A stretch of DNA of 36,638 nt from positions 1-36,638 of the IMG/VR virus record IMGVR_UViG_3300038549_000053; one strand, given 5' to 3'. The notes beneath the pieces were generated by a model. That model was not told the origin of the DNA and ran no database searches. It was given only the letters and a program-made list of their open reading frames with translations. Positions 23,982-33,535 of this stretch are shown in pieces. The position numbers and the translations under genes were made by a program. How positions within the stretch are numbered: the first letter of the stretch is position 1; each line of letters opens with the position of its first letter. Origin of the DNA: a virus (taxonomy: Duplodnaviria > Caudoviricetes).

Positions 23982-24773
23982 TCAAATAATTAAGTATGTG
24001 AACGTAAACCAGATATTGTGACTTGCCGTTGAAACTGCAACACCGGCGAAAATGACTTCATCCGTTGCCGCATCGGAACGAATGATTCCGCATTCTGTGG
24101 CATCGGCATAGGCAAAAGTTCCGCCTCCTTGATTGCTGCCACCGAAATTACTGGCAACCGGCAACGATGCGCGCAGAGAATAAACGGTTCCGGCGGCAGT
24201 TGGATTAACGGAAAAAAAGCCGGATACCGTAACTACATCGCCTACTCGCATCCACTGGCAAACCTGTGTTGTCGAACCGTCCAAGTTCGCAATATTAGTA
24301 AGCGTCGGCGTATACGTTCCCCAAGCGATAACACTTGCCAATCCGGCCGGTGTTACGGCGCGCGTGGTGTCCGTACCGGTTTCTGTCTCGGTCGAGGTCG
24401 CGAGTTCCACGATGCCTTGCGCGGTTTCGCTCGCGATTTTTGCTTGCAAGCCGGCCGGCGTGACCGCGCGGGTATTGTCCGTGCCGGTGATTGTCTCGGC
24501 CGAGGTCGCGAGTTCCACGATGCCTTTCGCGGTCGTCGAGGCGGCCTTGGATTGCAAACCGGCTGGTGTAACCGCCCTTTCGGTATCCGTGCCGGTAATC
24601 GTCTCGGCCGAGGTCGCGAGTTCCACGATGCCTTTGGCGCTTTCGCTGGCGTCGGGCAAGCCTTCACCGGTACGAAATTCTTCGAACCATCTCACCCACA
24701 ATGGCGAGGTGATGCGAAGATTGGTCCCATAATCGAGCGGTTCTTGAATCGGCGGCGGTATGCCCAAAGCCAT
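23982..24773 (-). CDS. Tail needle/fibre-like protein with three 36-aa repeats
   Basis: PPP...W.RWF N-terminus; GIVELATS.ET.TGTD..RAVTPAGL x3 (108-bp period); follows the gp10-like gene. Confidence 0.75.
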   Translation of the reverse strand: MALGIPPPIQEPLDYGTNLRITSPLWVRWFEEFRTGEGLPDASESAKGIVELATSAETITGTDTERAVTPAGLQSKAASTTAKGIVELATSAETITGTDNTRAVTPAGLQAKIASETAQGIVELATSTETETGTDTTRAVTPAGLASVIAWGTYTPTLTNIANLDGSTTQVCQWMRVGDVVTVSGFFSVNPTAAGTVYSLRASLPVASNFGGSNQGGGTFAYADATECGIIRSDAATDEVIFAGVAVSTASHNIWFTFTYLII

Positions 24774-26176
24774 TAGTGCTGCGCCTCGCTTGCGCGCAGA
24801 TTCGAATCGACCAATACGGCGCGAATTTGATCGGTGATGGCGACGTGGTAAACCCGATCGCGCGCGGTCCCGAGCTTGCGCCAAACGGTGCGCGCTTTGT
24901 ATTCGCCGCGACGGCCGAGAGAACGCCAATGCTCATTGCTCCATGTGTTGCCGCCGTCATCCGACCAGCGCAACATAACTTGCGGATCGGTGAATACCGT
25001 CACGCGGCCTACTCCCGGCTGAAAGAAAATCTCTAGTTCGTGATGGCGAAGCATTTTTCCGTCGCTATGCAAATGCTGCGACATTGCCTCGCGGCGCACG
25101 CTTATCCCCGCTTCGCTGCGCGCCGTTGGCGAAAGTTCGTAAATATGCCCATCCGCGTAATCCAACACATAGTCGCGATCATTGAAAAACGCATGCGCAG
25201 CGATTCGCGAACGGCCGATACCGAAGCTTGAACGTTGATGCCAAAGCTTGGTTTGCAGATCAAAGGCGAAAGTACCCGGTCCACGGGGAAAGGTCAGCAC
25301 GTAGAACGTGTGTCCGTCTTGGCCATAGATATACGCGTAGGCATCATCGATGCCGCCGTAGGATTGGATAACACGATCCAAATATTGATCGGATATAACC
25401 TGCGGCGAATACCCGCTGGCGGCATAGATTTGCCGTTTGCCATGGCGATCCTGGCCAAGCCAAGCGACAAAGCCCTCCGTCTCCGCGATCGAATGTGGCG
25501 CCACACAACCGACTTCCATGGTTGCGCCATTGATTCGCGCGAAGGGAAATGCCGCCTCGCCGGAGTTGTAATCGACTTCAATTGAAGTTGCGTTGAAAAT
25601 CCAAAGTTCCGAACGGTGTCGCGCAAGGCCAACGATGTTATCAGGCGATTCCTCCGATGCGGCAATATCGAGCGCATCGACCGAACCGCCATCGAATGAC
25701 CCGGTAATCATCCATTGGTTGCTGTCCGGCACGTTAAAGGCAAAATACGTGTCCTTATAGACGACAATATCAGCACCCGGAAAATCCGGATCGGTGATCT
25801 GCGAAAATGTCGCCGTGGCATAATTAAAAATATACCCATTTGCGCCATCGACAATCATCAATTCAACGCCACTATCCGCCATGCTCACGCGCCCGCTATC
25901 CGTGTTGAGCGAACCGCGATGCGTGGCAGTACCGGCACTATCTACTTCGTAAAATCGATCCGCGACCACGGCATACAGCATGCCGTTTGCGCCCACCATG
26001 CCCCGGCCTTCTGCATCACTGAGCAAGACCGCGAAATCAATGAGTCCCGGCGTTGGATATAGCGCGATTTTTCCGCGCGAGGTTTCATCGACAAGCGGAT
26101 ACCAGTTGATTAATTGTTGCGAGTTGATCGTGACGGAACGCGATGGAACGGCGTGCGCAAAAAAATCAAGTTTCAT
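24773..26176 (-). CDS. Packaged-DNA stabilization / tail hub protein (P22 gp10-like)
   Basis: INWYP, LYPTPGL, A..E.SPD, Y.QDGHTFYVLTFP, VMLRWSDDGG.TWS.E.W.S.G..GEY. Confidence 0.9.
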   Translation of the reverse strand: MKLDFFAHAVPSRSVTINSQQLINWYPLVDETSRGKIALYPTPGLIDFAVLLSDAEGRGMVGANGMLYAVVADRFYEVDSAGTATHRGSLNTDSGRVSMADSGVELMIVDGANGYIFNYATATFSQITDPDFPGADIVVYKDTYFAFNVPDSNQWMITGSFDGGSVDALDIAASEESPDNIVGLARHRSELWIFNATSIEVDYNSGEAAFPFARINGATMEVGCVAPHSIAETEGFVAWLGQDRHGKRQIYAASGYSPQVISDQYLDRVIQSYGGIDDAYAYIYGQDGHTFYVLTFPRGPGTFAFDLQTKLWHQRSSFGIGRSRIAAHAFFNDRDYVLDYADGHIYELSPTARSEAGISVRREAMSQHLHSDGKMLRHHELEIFFQPGVGRVTVFTDPQVMLRWSDDGGNTWSNEHWRSLGRRGEYKARTVWRKLGTARDRVYHVAITDQIRAVLVDSNLRASEAQH

Positions 26177-27139
26177 TTAGGTGCCACGAAAAACGATTGC
26201 CCAACAATCGGCAAAAGCCGATGTGACGTTTGATCCCGCCGAATCCGCCGAGAAAGTTACTGTGCATGTGCCGGAACCGGTTATGCGGCCAAAACCACCA
26301 ATCGGACCACCGGCAATAGCCGCAGCGGGCAGTGCCGGATTCAAATTAGCGAGATAGGTGAAATTGTTATTGAAAACCATGGTCGCTGTGCCGGCGGTTT
26401 TCTGAATATCCCAACCCACAGTGCCGGCGGTGCCGCCTTTGGTTCCACCAAATTGGCCGTGAAACAAAACAATGTCGCCGGCGACTACGCTACCTAAATT
26501 CAAGGTGAACATCGTCGTGGAAACGGCCGTTACCGTGACACCAGTAACGGCATTGCCGATTTGCTTGCGAATCGCAAAGGGCAAAGCCACCAGGGCGCCG
26601 GTCATTTGAAATTGCGCGCCGTCGTAAACGATCACAATCATGTCACCGGCACCGATACAATCGGCAGTCAAGGCTGTTCCGTAAAATTGGATGTTCTTGG
26701 CACCTAAGCCGGAGACATCAACGGTTGTCGCGCCCGTATTCGCTGCGGAAGCGAGAAATCGAAAGGTTTGTCCGGCGAAATAGGAAGTCGCGACGATATT
26801 GGGCGTAAGTACCAACGCATTCGCTGATCCGCCGGCCGTGCCGCACCAACTCGCGACACTTTCGTTAATGTCGCGAATGTTGTCCACCGTCCAGATGGTC
26901 ACGTCGTTGGCGTCTTTGAGTACATATTTGTAGCTAAGGCCGGGATCGATCCATACGTTGGCCTCGCCGCGTGCGTCCAAGATTATGGGGTTCGTGTTGG
27001 CAGCGCTGCCCGTCGAATCGGTATAGGTCGCCTGTGATGTCGTTGTTCCGGCGGCATAGGTATACAGCCGACCGCCAACTAGGGGATCACCGTTGCTGTC
27101 GAAATTTTGGAATTTAGGACCGGGAACGAGAATGGCCAT
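26177..27139 (-). CDS. Tail fibre/tailspike with N-terminal head-binding domain
   Basis: PKFQ.FD.NG.PL.GG.LYTY.AGTTT...NTNPIILDARGEA..W....YK.VLKD. Confidence 0.85.
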   Translation of the reverse strand: MAILVPGPKFQNFDSNGDPLVGGRLYTYAAGTTTSQATYTDSTGSAANTNPIILDARGEANVWIDPGLSYKYVLKDANDVTIWTVDNIRDINESVASWCGTAGGSANALVLTPNIVATSYFAGQTFRFLASAANTGATTVDVSGLGAKNIQFYGTALTADCIGAGDMIVIVYDGAQFQMTGALVALPFAIRKQIGNAVTGVTVTAVSTTMFTLNLGSVVAGDIVLFHGQFGGTKGGTAGTVGWDIQKTAGTATMVFNNNFTYLANLNPALPAAAIAGGPIGGFGRITGSGTCTVTFSADSAGSNVTSAFADCWAIVFRGT

Positions 27140-27142
27140 TAA

Positions 27143-27283
27143 TCAGCGCTTTCCTCGCTTGCGATGCGCGCCTTTGATCTTGCCGGCGTTGACGGAAGCG
27201 TAAAACACGCGCTTGGCGCGCTCGGCACCGTATTGTTTGCGCATCGCGGCCATGATCTTTTCGCCTTTCTTGGTCAGTGGCAT
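27143..27283 (-). CDS. 46 aa basic phage protein (not in ORF track)
   Basis: MPLTKKGEKIMAAMRKQYGAERAKRVFYASVNAGKIKG, a recognisable small virion-module family; GGAGG RBS. Confidence 0.75.
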   Translation of the reverse strand: MPLTKKGEKIMAAMRKQYGAERAKRVFYASVNAGKIKGAHRKRGKR

Positions 27284-27511
27284 CTAGCGGCCCTCCGCTT
27301 CGGCCTTGGCGATGGCCGCCGCCAACCGATCGCTCGATTCCGTGTCGAGACGGGTTGCTTCGTCCCATTCGGCCTGCGTGAGTTGGCGGTTTTCGGCTTG
27401 CGCTTTGGCGATCACAGTTAACGCTTGGCGTGACTGCTCCATGAAGATCAGTGCGGCATTGAGCGCGCTTAGAATCTTGCTGATGTTTTCGGCGGTGACC
27501 GTGGTACTCAT
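27284..27511 (-). CDS. Hypothetical helical protein
   Basis: 75 aa, translationally coupled. Confidence 0.65.
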   Translation of the reverse strand: MSTTVTAENISKILSALNAALIFMEQSRQALTVIAKAQAENRQLTQAEWDEATRLDTESSDRLAAAIAKAEAEGR

Positions 27512-27915
27512 GGCGCCCTCTTCTTGCTGTTAAGATACTCTTCGGCATCGGTCAGAACGCGTGTGGTCAGCGCCAACCATCCCTCGGCGGTCTTGGGCGG
27601 CTTGGTGATGTCCGGCAGATATTTGCCGAAGGCGGCCAAGTCGCAGGTCGGTTGCACCGGGATTTTGCCGAGCGCGTACTTACCGCTTTCCACGGCGCAC
27701 TTCGCGTTATCCGCGTACGTTTGCACTTGGCGCGCATCCTTCGAGCTAAGCTGTCCTCGATCGAGCAAATTGCTCGCCGTGTCGCGCGCGGCGCGGATCA
27801 ACGCATCGGCGTAGTACAACCGTTCTTCCGTGGTCTTGGGTGTCGTCGCGCAGGCGCACAACACGAGCGCCCACAAGGCGAACAGGGCATATACCCTCGC
27901 TTGCCGTTCAAACAT
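27508..27915 (-). CDS. Putative lipoprotein, possibly lysis-associated
   Basis: Signal peptide with LCAC lipobox; GGAGG RBS. Confidence 0.65.
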   Translation of the reverse strand: MFERQARVYALFALWALVLCACATTPKTTEERLYYADALIRAARDTASNLLDRGQLSSKDARQVQTYADNAKCAVESGKYALGKIPVQPTCDLAAFGKYLPDITKPPKTAEGWLALTTRVLTDAEEYLNSKKRAP

Positions 27916-27924
27916 AAAGCCTCC

Positions 27925-28218
27925 TTACTTGGCAGTAATGAACACCTTGCGCGACTGATCGATCAACTCGCGCAGGAACACGCCGAGACCGCCGGTGATG
28001 GCGCCGACCACGGTTGTATTGGTGCCGTCGCCGGGCAACAGCCCGACCAAATTGAGCGCGAAAGCGCCGACGATGCCGATCATCGGCGCGGCGATGGGCA
28101 TCCAGACCTTCGGCACCTTCGGTATTAGGCGTTTGAGCCATTCGATGATGACCGGGACTACAACGATGATCGTGAGCGGCACCAGTTCGTTGATAAGCTG
28201 GACAATCGCGCCATTCAT
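27925..28218 (-). CDS. Putative holin
   Basis: 97 aa, two to three TM segments, basic C-terminus. Confidence 0.55.
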   Translation of the reverse strand: MNGAIVQLINELVPLTIIVVVPVIIEWLKRLIPKVPKVWMPIAAPMIGIVGAFALNLVGLLPGDGTNTTVVGAITGGLGVFLRELIDQSRKVFITAK

Positions 28219-28236
28219 GAGTTCTTCCTTCGCGAT

Positions 28237-28800
28237 CTAACCAAATCGCTGTTCGTACCAGAGAAAGGTTCCGTAGAGTGTTTGCGAGCCGGCTTGAAGC
28301 TTGGCGATACGCATGGCGTATGTGGTATAGGATTTCAAAACCCATTCGTGCGGCCATTGGACAGCCGGCGTGCTGCCGTTACCACTCGGAAACACCGCGA
28401 GCGATTCCAGGCGCAAGCCCAAATCGCTAATCGTGGGTGATCCAAAAAGTTGAAACGTCGGGATGATCGTCTCGCGCGCGCGATTGCGATTGAGATAGCT
28501 TGCGGGCGTGCCGTTCGCCGAGACTGTCGGTTGCTCGTAGAGTTCCACCAACCAGCGATCGGCGGTCGCGGTGAAGTTGTAGCCGTTCACATGAATGGGA
28601 AACTCCCCGCAGATGCCCAAATAACGCACTTCATCGACACCGGCGATATCGACGATCGGCGAAAAGCTAAAGCAGTGCGCGCGGTGTATGCGGCTGTGAA
28701 TGACATCGAGCGCAGGCGGCGAACGCGTTAAGTCGTCGGTATCGCGCCCGGCGGCAATGAGTTCGTCTATTTGTGGCGGGTTGACTTGCGCGTTACTCAT
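28237..28800 (-). CDS. Hypothetical virion-module protein
   Basis: 187 aa beta-rich; N-terminus resembles its neighbour (A.VNPP...E..AAG). Confidence 0.7.
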   Translation of the reverse strand: MSNAQVNPPQIDELIAAGRDTDDLTRSPPALDVIHSRIHRAHCFSFSPIVDIAGVDEVRYLGICGEFPIHVNGYNFTATADRWLVELYEQPTVSANGTPASYLNRNRARETIIPTFQLFGSPTISDLGLRLESLAVFPSGNGSTPAVQWPHEWVLKSYTTYAMRIAKLQAGSQTLYGTFLWYEQRFG

Positions 28801-28803
28801 ATC

Positions 28804-29367
28804 TCAGGAAAGGACGTAACCATGCACTACAAAGGTTTGATCGATGAGACCGCTAAAATCGTCGTTGCACACGATTTCTAGTGATTCGTCCAAGGCACCG
28901 TTGAGATAGAGCGGGGTGCCGAATTCCGCCGTGGTAAAACTCGCCTGCAAGGTGTTGGTTGAGCCTGACCAAGTTAAAAGCGTCACGCGCGAGGTTAAAT
29001 GCGAAAGTTGGTCGTTGGTTTTGATCGGAATACCATCAAGGATATCCAAAACTACCGTGGTATTGCGTTTGGCGCGGATCAAAAGCCCATTGGTCAGCGC
29101 CGACGCCATGCTACCCCATACGCTTTGCCCGAACGCGCCATTGTCGGAAAGCTGAATAAGCAGTTCCGTGACGCTGTAAACCTGATCGGCGGGCGGCGCG
29201 ATGTAAAAAGGTGTAGCCGCGCCCGAATAGTTTCCAATCGCGTTTTTGGTGCCGGTGCCGTCACCGTTGGTATCGAGAAAGCGGATTAGCGGGAAACGGA
29301 CAATGAGCCGATTGCCGGCGGCCAGAACTTCCGATTCGCTCGGAGGATTTACGCGTGCCGTACTCAT
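28804..29367 (-). CDS. Hypothetical virion-module protein
   Basis: TAATG-coupled ATG at 29367; LDTNGDGTGTKNA.GNYS motif. Confidence 0.7.
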   Translation of the reverse strand: MSTARVNPPSESEVLAAGNRLIVRFPLIRFLDTNGDGTGTKNAIGNYSGAATPFYIAPPADQVYSVTELLIQLSDNGAFGQSVWGSMASALTNGLLIRAKRNTTVVLDILDGIPIKTNDQLSHLTSRVTLLTWSGSTNTLQASFTTAEFGTPLYLNGALDESLEIVCNDDFSGLIDQTFVVHGYVLS

Positions 29368-30290
29368 TAGAAAGCCGTCGGAATCACTGCGCGCGGTTGA
29401 TCGCGGTAGGCGGCCTCGGCGTTCGCCTTCGACGCCTCGGCCAACATCACCAGGTCTTGGCTCATGCGCCCGTACTCCGGCGCCAAGCGCAGCGCCAAGC
29501 CGTACTTGAGCGCTTCGAACCACTCTTGCGGAAAGTCCGGCTCATCACCGGCGGCGTCGAAATCCTCAAACGGGCGGTGGTAGACCAATTCGAGCGTTTC
29601 GGTGACATCGAGCGGCCGATAGTTGGTGTAGAGCGTGCCGTTCGGAATGTGCGCCTCGTAGAAATAGCGCGTCGGCGGCGAAATCAAGGTCTTGTCATAC
29701 ATCGACCAATGTTCGTCGCGATGCCAGGGGTAGACCGTATAGTCCTGATCGCTGGTGTTGCGCGTGAAGGCTTGGATAATGCGCACCGGGCGCGGAATTT
29801 TGCTCGTATAGGCGTACACGGCTTTGTCCACCGCCACACCGGACGGCAGCCCGGTCGCGATGGTGATGGTATCGGCGTCGGGAATCGTGGCGATCGTCGT
29901 CCAGTGAATCGAACCGCTATCGAGCACGATGCCGACGTTATCGGCGACCGTCATGCCCGTGGTCGAGTCCACTTCGATCGTGGTATCGGTGGCGATCCCG
30001 GCCACGCGGATCGCCGTTTCCACGTAGCTGTGCGTGGCGTGATCGCCGCTTGGGCCAAGGGCGTATTCGCTTTGGTTGAGTTGCAGAAACAACGTCGCGC
30101 GTTTCGCCGCCCACACTTCCAAGCCGCTACCTTGCCAGCTTTTTACCATCATGTTGAGCGCTTGAATCGCCTCGGTGAGTTCGGACGCCTCCGGCGTTTC
30201 GCCGGACGCAAGCGCGCCCACGACGCGCAACGAGGCATAGCAAATATCGTTTCGGGAGACGCTAAAGTTATAGCTACCCGATGTCGCCAT
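29367..30290 (-). CDS. Head-to-tail adaptor (P22 gp4-like) with inserted domain
   Basis: MATSG..NF, GETP...E...A...LN.M...W, PDFPQEW..AL.Y.LA..LAPEYG. Confidence 0.8.
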   Translation of the reverse strand: MATSGSYNFSVSRNDICYASLRVVGALASGETPEASELTEAIQALNMMVKSWQGSGLEVWAAKRATLFLQLNQSEYALGPSGDHATHSYVETAIRVAGIATDTTIEVDSTTGMTVADNVGIVLDSGSIHWTTIATIPDADTITIATGLPSGVAVDKAVYAYTSKIPRPVRIIQAFTRNTSDQDYTVYPWHRDEHWSMYDKTLISPPTRYFYEAHIPNGTLYTNYRPLDVTETLELVYHRPFEDFDAAGDEPDFPQEWFEALKYGLALRLAPEYGRMSQDLVMLAEASKANAEAAYRDQPRAVIPTAF

Positions 30291-30495
30291 TTGTCGTCAC
30301 GGTATTGCGGCAACCGCGCCAATGCGTATAGACGCCACGGCCGATGTACTTTTTACAATGCGGGCAAACGCCCTTTTCAACGGCTGCGTTCTTGAATTGC
30401 ATTGCCTCCATCTTGTGATGCGATGGGGTTAGGAGCTTCGGCGGCGATGGGATGGGAATGGCGGCGGCTTTGGCAAACACTTGCCGGCGTCTCAT
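30274..30495 (-). CDS. Small zinc-finger-like protein (CPHC...H...C)
   Basis: ATGA-coupled start at 30495. Confidence 0.55.
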   Translation of the reverse strand: MRRRQVFAKAAAIPIPSPPKLLTPSHHKMEAMQFKNAAVEKGVCPHCKKYIGRGVYTHWRGCRNTVTTNGDIG

Positions 30496-31166
30496 GCGCG
30501 CGCCTTGTATTTCGGCATCGGCTTGCCGTCGATGACGGTGGCGTGTACCGATGGACCCATAAGCTTCGCCCACGGTTCATAAGACATGGCAAAGCCGGCC
30601 ATGTCGAGCCACGCCTTGGCGTGTTCGCAATCGCGCGTTTCCTCGAACGCCGGCACGCCTTGCGTGTAGTGAACGAGCTTGGCATCGGGATCGGGCGCAT
30701 CGTAACCGACCAGATGATTCCACGCGCGCGGCAGGTCGCCAATCAACTCCGGGGCGAGCCAATCGATGGTGTGCAGGCCCTTCGCCGTTTCCACGTAAGC
30801 CGGCGTGAGCACGCGGCACTTGGAACAGTTGAACAGCATGGCCGAGGCGCGTTCGAACTTGACCGGGTTTTTCGACACCATCACGGCATAGCGATCGTCG
30901 GCGAGCGCGAAGAGTTTGGCGATGTCCTCGCACACCAACATATCGATGTCGAGGAACAGCGCCCAACCCTGATAGTCGCAAAGGAACGGCACCAAAAAGC
31001 GCGTGAAGGTAAACGGCGTCAAGCCCTGTCGCGAGAATTCCAATTGCTCGATCACCAACGGCGTGATCGCCACCGGTGCCGAGGAACGCGACAAAATGCT
31101 TTGCGTCAGTACCGTGAACGCGATCGGTTGGCGCGGATCGTAGCCGATGAAGATGCGCAACATCAT
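30492..31166 (-). CDS. Glycosyltransferase (GT-A fold, GT8-like)
   Basis: IFIGYDPR, T.FT..RFLVP, FLDIDML (DxD), WN.LV, LVHYT.G.P. Confidence 0.85.
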   Translation of the reverse strand: MMLRIFIGYDPRQPIAFTVLTQSILSRSSAPVAITPLVIEQLEFSRQGLTPFTFTRFLVPFLCDYQGWALFLDIDMLVCEDIAKLFALADDRYAVMVSKNPVKFERASAMLFNCSKCRVLTPAYVETAKGLHTIDWLAPELIGDLPRAWNHLVGYDAPDPDAKLVHYTQGVPAFEETRDCEHAKAWLDMAGFAMSYEPWAKLMGPSVHATVIDGKPMPKYKARA

Positions 31167-31681
31167 GCCGCCTTCGGGCGCACGATCACCCAGATTTCTT
31201 CTTTGATGGTTTCGACGAAGCTGCTCAGCCTGAAATGCTTGCCGAGTCGCGCGAGCCACCAGTTACCCGGCTCTTGAATCAGATGCGCGTTGCGTCCATC
31301 CGCCAGGGTTTTCATGGCCGCGCGCGTGGCGATGGTGAAGAAGCCGAGCTTGCGGGTAACGCGCGCGAGGTCGCTCAGCACGTCATCGAGACATTCGGGC
31401 TCGATGTGCTCCAAGACATCGGTGCAGATCACCAAGTCGCACGGCTCGGGCGGCGTCTCCTTGCCGTCGATCGCGGGATCGTATTCGCGAACGGTCAACC
31501 CCTCGCCGATGCCTTCTTTTAGCAAGCCCTTGCCCGATCCGTAATCGAGCACGTCTTTCGCACCGATGCTTTGGGCGAGTTCGCGCACGATCGGCACATG
31601 TTTGCCGCTCGACGTGCCATAGGCCCGATTGGTGTTATGCAATTCGCGATTGAGTTTCCGGTAGCCTTCGCTGATAAGCAT
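31163..31681 (-). CDS. Class I SAM-dependent methyltransferase
   Basis: VLDYGSGKG, YDPA, DLVICTDVLEHI, NAHLI. Confidence 0.9.
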   Translation of the reverse strand: MLISEGYRKLNRELHNTNRAYGTSSGKHVPIVRELAQSIGAKDVLDYGSGKGLLKEGIGEGLTVREYDPAIDGKETPPEPCDLVICTDVLEHIEPECLDDVLSDLARVTRKLGFFTIATRAAMKTLADGRNAHLIQEPGNWWLARLGKHFRLSSFVETIKEEIWVIVRPKAA

Positions 31682-33083
31682 CGAAATTAGTCAAGGTGCG
31701 TTGCAGAAGATGCGCGGCGTGTCCGATCGCTTGCGACCAGGGTTCATCTTTGCCTTGGCGAATGAGTGCGACCGACTCGTACCAAGGCATGTCGCCGGTG
31801 ACGCCTTCGCGCCAGGACGGTTGCGAGGGCGTTAATACCCAACACGGCACACCCAACCCGCCGGCGACGTGGTAAGCGGTTTGGCATACGGTAATCACCA
31901 GATCAAGTTCGGCGATCAAAGCGGCTTGTTCGTCCATGTCCTCACCGCGCGCGGCCTGCACAAAATGATGAATCGCGATGTCATGGCGCGCGCTGAACGC
32001 GCAGATTTCGCCGGGCGCGGCGTCGGTATACTGTAAGGAAACCCATGTCGCCGGCTGGCGCAGGATCGGCAACCATTCATCGAGTGGGATCGAGCGCAAA
32101 TGCACGGCGGTTTTTTGCACCCCGCCCTGCCAGGCGATGCCGACCTTGGGCCGCTCACTCAGTTCCGCCAATCGGTAACGGTAAAATTCGCGCTGTTGCG
32201 GATCGGCAACGAGAAACGGCTTGCCGGTGAAATCTTGCTCTTCGTTAAACCCAAGCAAGCGCGGCAAGCTGCCCAAGCCGCATTTGTAATCGACTGTCTC
32301 GCCGTTCAACCAATCGCGCCCATCGGTGTGATGCGTGCCGACAACGCGCAGAAACGGAAAGGAACGGCGAAACAACGCCGCCAAGCGCGGCGCGCATTCG
32401 ACAATAAACTCGTTGTCGAAGTCCTTGAGCTTGGGCAGGCAGGAACTAAACATGATTTCGTCGCCCAAGCCTTGCTCGCCGTGAATCACCACGCGCCCCG
32501 GCTCGCCGTTCCACCAAGGCGTCATTCCATCCTTGGCGTAGTTGCGCAGCGCCGTGCCGTTGTTCGAGGCCGGATCAAGCCGCGCTTCGTGGTATGGCCA
32601 CGCCTCGCCGAAGCGTTGCTTTTCCAACAGGGCCAACGCCTTGTGCCAACGGGCAAGCACATGATTGGGATCGAGGCGTAACGCCTGTTCCGCGTACTCC
32701 ATCACCTTTTCCGGGCGTCCGGTATTGACGTAGCCCCCGGCGCGGTTGGCGCGGATATCGGGGTTGGTCGGCATGCAACGTTGTGCCTCTTCGTAGGCGG
32801 ACTCGGCACTTTCGTTAAAGTGTTCATGGCGCAGACAAATCGCCAGTTGGTTCCATGCCTCGCCGAAGTCGGGCTTGCTCTTCAAGCAATCGCTCAACAG
32901 TTGAATGGCCAGGCCATTGCAACCGCGCTGCATGAAGAGCGTGCCCATTAGATACAACAGATTGGGATTGCCCGGATTTTTCGAAAGCAGTTGATGGTAG
33001 ATCGGCTCGGCGGCCACTAGGTTGCCGGCTTCGTGCAACCGTTGAGCTTCCGCCATCAACGCTTCCGCTTTGACTAACTGCAA
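31635..33083 (-). CDS. TPR-repeat protein fused to a GT-B (GT9-like) glycosyltransferase
   Basis: N-terminal TPRs; EQGLGDEIMF, VGIAWQGG, VSLQY, LDLVITV.QT..H.AGGLG.P.WVL; start TTG 33083 or ATG 33056. Confidence 0.85.
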   Translation of the reverse strand: MQLVKAEALMAEAQRLHEAGNLVAAEPIYHQLLSKNPGNPNLLYLMGTLFMQRGCNGLAIQLLSDCLKSKPDFGEAWNQLAICLRHEHFNESAESAYEEAQRCMPTNPDIRANRAGGYVNTGRPEKVMEYAEQALRLDPNHVLARWHKALALLEKQRFGEAWPYHEARLDPASNNGTALRNYAKDGMTPWWNGEPGRVVIHGEQGLGDEIMFSSCLPKLKDFDNEFIVECAPRLAALFRRSFPFLRVVGTHHTDGRDWLNGETVDYKCGLGSLPRLLGFNEEQDFTGKPFLVADPQQREFYRYRLAELSERPKVGIAWQGGVQKTAVHLRSIPLDEWLPILRQPATWVSLQYTDAAPGEICAFSARHDIAIHHFVQAARGEDMDEQAALIAELDLVITVCQTAYHVAGGLGVPCWVLTPSQPSWREGVTGDMPWYESVALIRQGKDEPWSQAIGHAAHLLQRTLTNFDAYQRRLPETQSRIA

Positions 33084-33084
33084 A

Positions 33085-33522
33085 CTAGCTACCGTCCATG
33101 GTGTAGAACACCGTAAAGCGGTGATCGGCCGATGCCGAAATCGCGACGACCGCCTTGGCCTCGATCCAGATTTCGCTTTGCACCGCGTCATCCGAGATTG
33201 AAACCTTGTACGGCAGTTTGGCACTGCCGCGCGTCAGGACACCGAGCGTCGTCGAGACAGCCGCCGACAATGCCGATTCCGAGACGGTATAGGTATCCGA
33301 GGACGGATAGCGAATCCCCAACTCGTAGCTTTGATCGGTCCCGGCATCTTTCACGTACCACAGAAAATCAACGATCGTCGCGCCATTCGGGATGCGGCAC
33401 AGCTTGAACACGCTCGACGCCGTACCAGTGACGGTAACGGCGGCAACCGCGCTCTTGCTTTGCACGCCCGCATGAACGGCTTTGACGTTCGAAGTCCACT
33501 CCGAAGCGGTAAATGTGCTCAT
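33085..33522 (-). CDS. Putative capsid decoration/minor head protein
   Basis: 145 aa beta-rich gene directly after the capsid gene; AAGGAG RBS. Confidence 0.65.
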   Translation of the reverse strand: MSTFTASEWTSNVKAVHAGVQSKSAVAAVTVTGTASSVFKLCRIPNGATIVDFLWYVKDAGTDQSYELGIRYPSSDTYTVSESALSAAVSTTLGVLTRGSAKLPYKVSISDDAVQSEIWIEAKAVVAISASADHRFTVFYTMDGS

Positions 33523-33535
33523 GTCTGTTTTCTCC

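Noticed and set aside
24345-24640. DGR template/variable repeat or CRISPR
   Set aside because: In-frame 108-bp coding repeats of a tail protein; no reverse transcriptase in the window
27284-28218. Complete lysis cassette
   Set aside because: Holin-like and lipoprotein genes are present but no endolysin motif was recognised; it may lie outside the window
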